Origin: Fimbriosthenelais zetlandica
Lineage: Eukaryota
DNA length: 64,000 bases
Direction of reading: 5' to 3'
Assembly (NCBI GenBank): GCA_977030845.1
Contig: OZ365113.1
Span: 33,480,001-33,544,000 of the forward strand
Position 1 is the stretch's first letter. Every line of letters begins with the position of its first letter. Both the position numbers and the translations under genes were made by a program. Below, one piece after another: positions 27,900 through 38,445 of this stretch. A model generated the notes under the pieces. The model was not told where the DNA came from and made no database searches. It saw nothing but the letters and a program-made list of their open reading frames with translations.

Positions 27900-29144
27900 C
27901 AGGAATTTGATGCTATTTTCCACCCCATCAATTTTCTCTCCCTCGTGATTATTCATCATCATTATGTAGATTGCGGAAGACTTTCTTGTCTCGTAGCTAA
28001 TCGCCCTCGGTCACCATCTTAAGAATTAATCCATGTTCGCCCATACTTAACACGAGCCCAGGTTCATCCTTATCAGGCCCATCATCCTTAAGTAGCATCA
28101 TTAATTCATGGGTTCAGTATATTCATCAGATATCTTCCTTATCGATGTTCTTGTATTATGGTAATTCAATTCAGAATGGAGCCCTGGGCTCAGTTGAGTT
28201 CAATACAACAGAATGTCAAGCTAAAAACATCCCAGGGCCAAGAATATATACGACATGGATTTGCTGAATCTTCAAAACTAATGCTTCAGAACGTGCCATT
28301 TTATTATGTTTTGGAATAGTCAAAGAACACTGAAAGCTTTTGGTATAATAATATATATTCATTGTTCCACTATATCTAAACGGGTGAATATAATTTTTAT
28401 TCTGTTCGATGAGTACAAGGTAAAGTACTGAGAAATAGCATTCTCCTTTGTCTGTGATAATTGTAGTAAGACATAGTAGTTAATGATATTAAGTGGACCT
28501 TAAATATTATGATATTCTAATCTATACCATGAAACTGCATGGAAGAGACCACAATTAACGTTTATACTTGTATACGTGTAAATTTGAATGAGAATAAACG
28601 ACATTATCTTTATACCCTTGGCGGTTATCTGTTTAAGCATGTAGAATTTGAGTTCTTTCTACATACTTTTGCTACTGGTATACCACCAGTAGCTTTATGA
28701 CAATATTTAAAGTAAACAATTTTCGAGGACATTGGTGATAACAAGTTCTAAGCATGTTCTGGTTTTAATGACCATATCATAAGTTTATGACTGATTAGAA
28801 CTCCTGTAATTTAGATCGTTATCATGATATACAGTCATTATGAGGTGTTATCTGTTGGGTGGGAGCCATTGTCCTCAGGCAGAGACGCTCCTTTGGTGTC
28901 ATAAATTTATACTCACGAATGTACATGCATGAAATTAACGATAAGGATCATAATTCACTGGGGAATGCCGACTTTGTAGTTCGAGGGTGTTGAAGGTCAT
29001 GAATAATGATTTCAATCGTCACGCAATCTTAATACATAACACCGATATTATTTTTATGCCATATCATTTGATGTGTAGCTTTTAAAGGTGTGTTCCATTG
29101 ACTTCGAGATACGTAATTGTTCAAACTTTAACACAACTAGAAGA

Positions 29145-32100
29145 TCACGAATCTGTCCTGACCTCCCCCTCGACCTTCTGATGCAGTTCCTCCAAGGCTT
29201 TAGGATCTACAACCAATGAACCCCTTCCTATATCGTGTGAACCCCTTCTAATGTCAGTTGAACCCCTTCTAAAGTCAGTTGAACCCCTTCTCATGTCTGG
29301 TCCTAACCTTGCCTTAATCTTGCCTTCAGCTGAGCCTGTTCTGTTCCGTGTGTTAGGGTTGAGGGTGATGGCAGGATGCACTGTCACTGTCTCCCGGAAG
29401 GACGGGTTGTCCACACCACGACTTTTGCCATTTTCTTCTTCTTCCTGTTCCTCCAGAATTCCTGCCAGATCCTCTGGTCTATGACCTATCATATGTAGAG
29501 GCACCTTGTCAATTGTTCCTCCCAGGATTTTCCCTAAAAATGAGAAATTCTCTGAAGTAGTAAAGGTTATTTCCACAATTATGCATCTAAGAATGAATCC
29601 TGTTTAGATGCATTTGTTGTTAGGAGATGTGTTAAGATGGTTTGTGAATGTGTTATTGCACGATATCAAGCAGACATCATAGCTAAAATGATAACATACT
29701 ATGTGTCCTTTCCCAACAGTAACACGGGGAATTTTGGAAAATTACTGCAACTTTAAATTAAAAGAAATGGGAACTTAGCCTACTTACCCGCAGAACCATA
29801 CTGGATGGCAATGCTGCTCCTCTTCAGCCCTGGATCTTCATGATACATTCCAAACACACTGTCTACTGAGGATCTCTTTCTGACTCGGTCAACAGCATAC
29901 ACCTAAAACCAAAATTTTATTTGTGAGTGAATCCACCTCAATGCCATTTGACCATGCTCCAACTGAAAGTGGCAGGATTTGTTCTATCAAATTATATTAA
30001 TGATCCCAACATTACATTCGGTAGTGCCAATGCAAAGCAATTATATCAGGATTAAAATCGAAAAGAATGATTTATTCTTACGTGTGCTTCGCCTGCTTCT
30101 TCTTCGTCTTCAATATTCATACAATTATCACATGCACAGCAAATAAAGCAAGGCCTGCACTTCCGGTGATAGGGGTATAACAAACTGAGGTCCTGCTTTT
30201 CCCGCTGGTCATTGCCACCTTATTAATGGAAACAGAGCTTAGTTATCGTGAACAAATGGACAACTGAGCATCAGCGAGGTATCAAAAACGAAATTCTAAC
30301 GTTAAGCGTTTCATTTGAATGCCGCGTTTCCAAAAAAGCGAAAACTCAATGCGGGTCAATGTCCTTCCCAGAATAATTCATAGGCAATTGCGCACTGAAG
30401 TTGGAAGTTTCTTTGTCGGGATCGAATGACACTCAAAAGGTTAATTGATATTACATTGCCCACGATTCTTCATTAACTTCTAGGTCTCCCTGAACAACCA
30501 GGCATTTTTAAGCAATTCTTCCATGCAAATTCCTGCTTTTTTTAATCTGGAAATTTTAATTGTGCAGGTAAAACGTTCCTACCTGTTAAAAGGCTGGTGG
30601 GTATGCCAATGAGTAATGAGACAAATACAGACAATAGAGCATACCACATGTATGACACCGAATAGAGATCCGATATCACAAAACTGAAAAAAGAGCGACA
30701 TATCTGATTAGATGCAGTCGATGGCAGTCAAACAGGGCTACACATAGGAATTGACCCAATTCCAGATTGAGCATGGTGAAATAGCTTAATATCAGTAACA
30801 TTGATGCTCTACATTACATTCAGGCCACATGGATACTTTATTGCAATAATAGGAGGTTTGATCAGACTATTAAAAGTTGACCCGTACTTTCCAGAGGCCT
30901 CTGTGACGTTGTTTTCCACTACAGTAAAGTTGAAAGGACATCCATCCGTTCGTATTGGCAGTGGCGTTTGTTCACTAGGATACAGTATACCTCCGATGGT
31001 TATCCAAGATGTGATTACAAGACTACCTGCTGTCCCGAAAAATGCCCCCTACAACGAACAAGAGACAAAATAGTAGTCAATTGAACGTGTAATTCACCTT
31101 AATATAATTACATCAACAGCATTGCCAAAAACCCCAAACATTGATTCTTTCATTCATTCATTCATTCATTCATTCATTCATTTTTACATCAATATCATTT
31201 CTAGATATTCATTTTCCATTAGGTGATTTCATGAATCAATATAGGACTCACCCATTCATTAGCAAATGGGAAAAATATTGCCAGGATGAAGAGTCCCAGC
31301 AATGGGCCGCCTATCATACCGAAGAGAGATAGAGCCGCTTGGATGAGGGTGGAACCAAAAAGGGGGATGAGGAACGCAAGAGCCATCGTCAAGAGACCAA
31401 AGACCACAGCTAGAAATAAAGATGGAGCAAGAAGTTAGAAACCTTCCAAATCATCTCCCAAAAGCCTCTTCTCCTCCACTCTTGTCGCTCGCTTGGCATC
31501 AGGGATTGCATCGTTCAATACGAGTAGTTTGCACCGGCTATATTTTGCATTTACTAAAGGTGGTGGCCACTTATTTCCCATTGGAAGCTGAAACATTCTG
31601 AATGAATGGGAGGCTTTTCATCCATTGTTCTTGAAATATAGATAAAGATTTCTATTTTGAAGGGAGATACTTGTTATTGTGCCAATATAGAACTTGAGCC
31701 TCTTCTAAATGCCAAGCAGACATATATATCTGCCTCCTACAATGGATAAAAGGTTTCCAGACTGTTGAAAAACTCACAGAGTAGTTTGGCCAGCCTTGCC
31801 GCCTGAATGTCTGGCATTTTCCTCATCTTGTTACGTCTATATATAGGGAGGACGATATCGGCCATGGTGACTGCAGCCAAGGAATTAACTCCTGATGAAA
31901 CAGTGCTGAAATTGAAAGGGAAACATGCATCTAAGTACCAAAGAAAAATCACTCATCAAACTGCCTCAAAATGTTTTAAAATGTTATCCTTGATCCTTGA
32001 TCGGAATAAGAGAACCTTCCTGGGATATATTGCTTTAAGTGGACTATATCTCATGAAGTATAATTCACAGGGTTCTACTTGTTCTTAAAGGGTCATCAGC

Positions 32101-35100
32101 CTGATCTTCAATATTTAATTCATACCCTGAGGGGTTTCCTAACTGCATAGCAAGCCATCATTCATGAGTCTGCCACCTGTTGTACAACACTTCTAAGTGT
32201 ACCCCTTTAAAAGGTAGATCTCACTCAACAACCATGACTTGGTATGCCACACACGGAGTGCACATATACAAAGGCCATTGTCACCAAGCTGACAGGAATA
32301 CCAAGATGGCCTTTTGTTGCTTAAAGCTGTGGAGGCAAGGCATTTGACTCAATGGCAAATGCTCTAAGAATCACCAGTGTCACCTTATGTAAAAGCTCAA
32401 TATTTTACCATGTTGTCTGAACCCATATTATAAGGAATTTAAGTACCAGTGAAATTTTCTCACATTTTCTCTTAATTCTGAACTTTCATTGGGCAATGAC
32501 TTCTTCAATTCTGGAATTCATTGCTTGAAACGTTAAATAACTAGTTGATACACAGAATTTGTCCCCCAAAGGTCATGATTAAAAGTGCATTAGATGAATT
32601 GTACTGGCAGGACCTTCACTATGGCTGAAACATATTTACACAGGTATATAGGGACCTGTCACATCTGCAATGGTAAATGGATCCCATGCATATAGGAAGC
32701 AAGGGGGCATCACATCAGGCCAATAATGGCCAGGCCAAATGGGAGCCTTTATCATATATCAATAAATGTCCTACCTCAGTGAAGCAGCAAAAACCGAGGC
32801 GGAGAAGAGACCTGGAAGCCCGATGACATCACCAAGTGAATCCATAACGAAGACAGGGACCAACTGATCCTTATTGTGGATCCTGCCTGTCGCTACAGGG
32901 TCGCAGTCATGATAGAAAGCGAACATAACGAAGGCCAAGATCAGGATCATGAATGTGTAGGTCACATTGAGCGCACCAGCATAGTAAACCGACCTATATT
33001 GGACGATGGGATATAATAAAAGAGATGAGGCATTTAAAAGAGATTATCGTATCCTTGGTATGAATTATGTGTGAGTCACAATGGAAATAAGCCATTATTA
33101 ATACACCATCTATGATCTAACAATGACTTCAGTTCTCCCCTTGACTTCCTCAATATTCAGAAGATTTTTCATATCTCGACCATGCACGAGGTCTTGCAGA
33201 TCAAATGACTGGTTCAGAAGGGACATTAGCAATGCGAAGTATATGGTTAATATTCGTTTTGAAATTGTTCTGGGCCCCGTTTCATTATCCCTGTATAATG
33301 TTGGCGCAGGTATTTACATCCCATAAAATATAGAAACCCTATGGTAAAGGGACTAAAGTGGAGCAGCTGATGTGGCAGACGTTTTTATGGGTGTTGATAA
33401 ACAGGCCCCAGGTCTGATGGACTAATAGCTTAAATTGAGGAGTTTATAGAAAATTTAATGCATTGGGATGGACTAGGGGATAATAATGGGTATAGCATTC
33501 TGATCTAAAGTGAAATAACATATCCTATAGCTTACTTTTGGGCATCCTTGGTTGTTTTAACACTCAGATATCGCTGGATCATTGCCTGATTAGTGGCAGT
33601 AGCTGCAACAGTGATAACGAAACCACCGATGATCTGAGTCCACCATGTGTGACGGGCGGAGGGGTTCAGACTCCACCTGTTTAACAAAACTCACATTAAA
33701 AGTTTGAACCATACTATCGTATCGTTCAGACTAAATTATTTTGCAAGCAAAAACAAAATATAAGACCAGGGTCTCTCACTTAGGTTTGCTCGGGGAGATT
33801 ATTGATGTTGCAAGGGGCCCTGCACTGTGAGCCAAAGTTTAGGACCCCTTACAACATCAAGAACACCCAGAAACCCAGTCCCACTTTAATGCAAACACAA
33901 TAATAATAATAGATAGACTTTAGTAAATCATTGGGGAAAGGAAGTGTGGACATTTTCAGAACCTGTTACTTACTCATCAGTCTGAAGTCTGTCCCCTTCA
34001 ATGACTCGGTCCCAGACCGTGTCAGGGCCACCTACGTCCACTGTACCCTTTATGATCAATGCCAGAATTCCCACAATGATGATGATGGTTTGTACAACAT
34101 CAGTCCAGACAACTGCCTTCATTCCTCCCTGAAAACAGTCAAGACATCAATAATAACATTAATCCCAACTCCCATCTCTTCCCCCAGCAATTTCATAAAC
34201 ACAATGGCATGAATCAGTGACGTGGATGCAAAGGACCTAATCTGGAAGTTCAGCCATCAAGCAATTGGCGTTTTCAAGTCCTGGCTCTAAAGGTTTTGAA
34301 ACGGTTGATTGTGATTCCAATGCATAACTTTCCACCATGCAGTTTTGGTGTTTTGTTCGCGCTGATGAAGTCAATCCAAAGTTTCTCTGCAAGAGGCTAA
34401 TTTGTTTGGTTCGAATATTCAATATAACTGGAAGAGCTGCTGACAAGAGCTAATCAAAGCTTTCCCCATGGCTTGCATCAAGTCATGTTTCCCAGGCATG
34501 AAATTAAATCCATGTCCATTCAGGCTTTTATGGAGATATTGATATTCATTCAATGGCAGGTCTCCAGTCGCTTACAATGCCTGTTAACATTTCATTGTGG
34601 GCTTTTAAAACCTGTCACTCGAGTGATGAAGCAAATTCACTGCCATTTTGAAGGTAGAATCAGCAATATTTTCTGATTAAATTTCATGCTGAAGTCAGGA
34701 TTTACCAGGATACAATGCTTCATTTATTTTAAAAGTAAATTAATATTATGAAGGAATATGATTGTTATGTAATATAACAAGACTTACTAATGCTGTGTAA
34801 ATTGTACAAATGATTCCAACCCCAAGTATAGATGCCAAGGTGGGTAATCCAGTCACTATGAATAGGAAAGTAGGCAATGTTTTATTTGAAATCAGTGAGA
34901 AATTGAGGCAATAATTCAGTCTGGCTTCATGAGATCCAAAGACCCTTAAAGTAATAGCCCTTTAAGGCATTAAGCTATATAATTAGAGTAGTACTAGGAA
35001 AGGTCATTAGCTATTGCTGCAGTAGATGCAGCATAGCATTAATGAGCCTTCCTATACTATACTTAAATATGCGACACTCTGAAAGAAAGAAATTAAGAAA

Positions 35101-36458
35101 ATTTGTTCTCTTGGTTATTTAGGTAATTTAAAGCCACTCAGATAACCATGATCCTTATCGTAGTGGCAGGATTTCAATTGGTGTTTGACGTATTTATAGC
35201 TTGTAATAAGTTGATAAACTTGGTCTCAACATGTGCTTGAGTGATAATGGGTATTTATTCTATACACCAATATTATCAATCCTCCCAAGTGTTTGAGAGT
35301 TGTAACAAATACTGGCAGACCTTTAATAAAAGGAATTTCTGATTTCTGTAATCAGTATATAATTAATTTTATTTTATACACCATATATTAGCCAGAATCC
35401 TTAATTTTCCCATCTTAATTATACGCTTTATTTATTAGACAGATTGATGAAAATATATAATCTTTCCTTTACCTTGTGCAAAAGCCACAGCTGGTGCATA
35501 AATAACCACAGCCATATATAGCAACTGTTGGAAATAAACAAATCTTCAAGACACCTCAATAACATACATGTACATAACCTTGATTAAATAGTATTGTCTA
35601 TTCAAGAATAATATGACAATTTCTATCACTAGATTTGCAACTCAATATTGTTATTGAACTGGAATATCCATGACCTTTTATTATTGACTTCAGCTTATGG
35701 CAAATTAGGTTCTTTAAGTATGTACATACCATCATTATTGAGAACAGACATGATCCAAACAGTCTCATCCAGTGGCTGAATCGCTTCTCGATGAACTGTA
35801 TAAAAGAACATACTAATCTTAAGTTTTGCATCTTGCATATATTATTAGAAAACAAAACATAAATTTGTTCATTCCTAATTCTTCATAAGACATCTATTTC
35901 ATAGTAATGAAGCTTAAGCTGTAAATGGTACCTCATAAGCACTTGTCATTTGTTGGGCATGGAAGACAGGCACAAATAGATGTGCCGTTATCGGTGTTGC
36001 CACAATGTAGCCCAGAATGATAGCTCCATACATGGATCCATACGTATACAGCTCAGCTGGCGTCCCCAGGATAAAAGGGGCTGACAAGAAAGTTGCCAGA
36101 AGGCTCAAGGCAACTGGAAAAGGCTATAAAAATAAAAATATTTAGAAAATTAATTTTCAAATTGATTATGGTTTGGTAAGAAATTGGTTTCTGTTTGGCG
36201 AGGAAAATTAATTATTGGATTTTTGAAGACATGTACTGGTGAGAATGTTACCTTTAGGTCATTGCCACCCAGTAGTTGTCTGGAGAGAACTGATTTAGAC
36301 CAAAGTGATCCTTTCTTTTCAAACTTGAGATCTGCCCAGTCTTTGGCACCAGTAAAGATGCCAACAAAGAGGGAGAGAATGAGGGACAATGTAAAGATGG
36401 TATAATCCAGCCAGTGAAATGTCCTCACTGTCTCCTCTATGGTGTCCGTAGTTGCCAT
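29145..36458 (-). CDS. SLC5 sodium:solute symporter (SMCT/NIS/SMVT-like), paralog A, about 779 aa
   Basis: 15 exons with consistent phases: 36458-36252, 36123-35932, 35795-35730, 35524-35473, 34855-34788, 34128-33974, 33676-33536, 32993-32775, 31905-31778, 31409-31252, 31048-30837 (alt donor 30888), 30683-30583, 30218-30082, 29902-29788, 29533 (alt 29551)-29145. Family motifs: PVALSLLATFLSA, YAPAVA, GGMKAVVWTDVVQ, NQAMIQRY, DQLVPVFVMD, GLPGLF, STVSSGVNSLAAV, GGPLLGLF. Confidence 0.93.
29217..29291 (-). repeat. Coding tandem repeat, 21-nt period, 4 copies (RRGSTDF-RRGSTDI-RRGSHDI-GRGS)
   Basis: TGAACCCCTTC recurs at 29217, 29238, 29259 and 29280 in the last exon of SLC5 paralog A. Confidence 0.9.
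31149..31182. repeat. (TTCA)n microsatellite, intronic
   Basis: About 8 perfect TTCA units. Confidence 0.95.
32085..32210. mobile_element. Short TTAA-flanked element with AGGG...CCCT termini (Kolobok-like MITE remnant), intronic
   Basis: TTAA-AGGGT ... ACCCCT-TTAA, 126 bp, same terminal architecture as 18206-18292. Confidence 0.35.
33802..33860. repeat. Palindromic dispersed element, copy 2
   Basis: TTGATGTTGCAAGGGG ... CCCCTTACAACATCAA pair at 15/16. The interior GGCCCTGCACTGTGAGCCAAAGT is homologous to copy 1 at 23351-23403. Confidence 0.75.
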
Positions 36459-36935
36459 CTTTTCCTGAATATTTAGTCCTCAAAATGTCTCAAATTCCTT
36501 AACGTGGGGCTGTACCTTATGCAGTATACTTAGTGCCCATCATAAGGTGATTTGAACTGTCTATAGTCCTACTACTTTATTCAGTCCAATCCCGTCCATG
36601 TAAAAGTCCTATAGTTGTTTTCTTTTATCTTGGAAAACAATATGAAATCAATTAGGATTCCCCAGCATTCGGGTCATGCCATATTGCATGAACTAATCTA
36701 CTATTGTTTTCTCTGTATTTTCTTGGAATCCCTTTCCTCCGTTTTGAAAGGTTTGAAAGAGTACACAACCTCAAGAGAAGTCAGTGCCTTTAAGCGTGTT
36801 ATCATGATGATAAGTCCTCTAACAATGATAAGATTGGAAAGTGTGACTGGACTGATCCAATAGGTTACTGTTCGATAGGCCGAGTGGCATTGATTCGAAT
36901 GAAAGTACTTGTCTTGTATTCTCTCTACCAATTGA

Positions 36936-37041
36936 GGGGCCATTCAACTATTACGTAACCTGAGTGTGGATAACATTGAGTTACGTCCCAATCCGTACAA
37001 TATTGCGTAACGTTTAAAGTTGTGTAATTTTTAAATGGCCC
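36936..37041. mobile_element. MITE with imperfect ~25-bp TIRs (PIF/Harbinger-Tourist-like) in the SLC5 intergenic region
   Basis: Left end GGGGCCATTCAACTATTACGTAAC; right end reverse-complements to GGGCCATTTAAAAATTACACAAC. Flanks TGA/TAA resemble a TWA target-site duplication. Confidence 0.5.
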
Positions 37042-38138
37042 TAAGTTCATATGCCTATGGATGTAGATTTTACTATTATAACTTTACTACATGTACTATT
37101 ACTTTAAAGATTATCTTACTACTTTTCATTGTGAAACATAATAATTACTCAGATTCTATTTACTTTAAGGAAACTTGGGAGATGAAACATTTCTGATAAA
37201 AAGGGATAATTAAACTGATTACATTCTCTGTTATCTCGTTTATGTGTCTTGAATACCTCACATCATGTATATTTCATACACTGACGACAATATCACCTCC
37301 AGTTGTAAATCATACATTTAATTATGTCCTTGAGAACGGCTTCCACATTATATAAACTTCCCTATACTATATTTACAATTCTTATTAGAGTTTGAAGTCC
37401 GTACGATCTCGGTAGCACATACGATTCCTTTAAGAATGTGTGTTGGTTCAAACATGCTTTGAAATTCAAAAATACACCAACACATCAAGTCTGAAAGGAA
37501 AACAAATGATGAAAAAGTTATTATTCCTTTCTGTTAAAGATTTTTTCTCGAATCCAAATACGTCAATCACCTAATGGCCGTAACCGATAACCAGTCTTCC
37601 ACTAGCAGTTCAGATTAATCCGCCACTCAAATTCCAGTCAGAGTGACTCCCCATTGCAGCACAGAAGCCCCGCCATTGTTTTAATTTCATAATATAAAAA
37701 CATCCCCTCTTTGCCCATTGACGTATCAATATTTGTTTACCGCGCAAACTGTAAATTGTTGAGTTGAATGAGGATCCAAGGACATGGTCGATGTGAAGAG
37801 GCTTAGGTTGGAAGCCATCGTGATTTACTGTGTAAGAGAGATAAGAGAGGTGAAGAAAGTCTTGATAAGCTGATCAGAGTAATTAAATCTTGTGAGGGTG
37901 GAGGTCATTGTATTTAATCTCCGGTTGAGAAGATAGACCGTCTTGACATTGTCTGAACTCTGTTTCTAAAAGGCATCATAAACAACAATCGCTTACGTCA
38001 TTGCATGCCAAGAATGGGCGACAGAAGACAATGAAATTGGTTATTATATATAGTGAAATCATCAAATATTTTTATGATGAGCAATCTAATTAAAGTGTGT
38101 TTATTTTGAATTTAATGAGTTATTAGTGGAATAAGTAT

Positions 38139-38162
38139 CATGCATGCATGCATGCATGCATG
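38139..38162. repeat. (CATG)6 self-complementary microsatellite
   Basis: CATG x6, about 280 bp upstream of the paralog B ATG. Confidence 0.9.
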
Positions 38163-38445
38163 ATTCCCAATGTGCATAAGCTTAAGTTTTGATATGAAAG
38201 CCTGACAAGAATTCATTTGTGATAAACTATATACATTCAACTAAGTTAAAGCTCCACTGGATGGGCATCTCAGTGGTTCACTCACAACCTTATCTTCGTT
38301 TGACACCTTCCCTTAGAAGGTGTTACTGATAAGTATACATACCTGGAAATTCAGAGGGCATGTCCCTTGTCTTGCCGATAACACCACCTAACTCGTAGAA
38401 AAAGGGCAGTTCTCTTAATTTCTTTAATTCAGAAGGTCTTCCATA

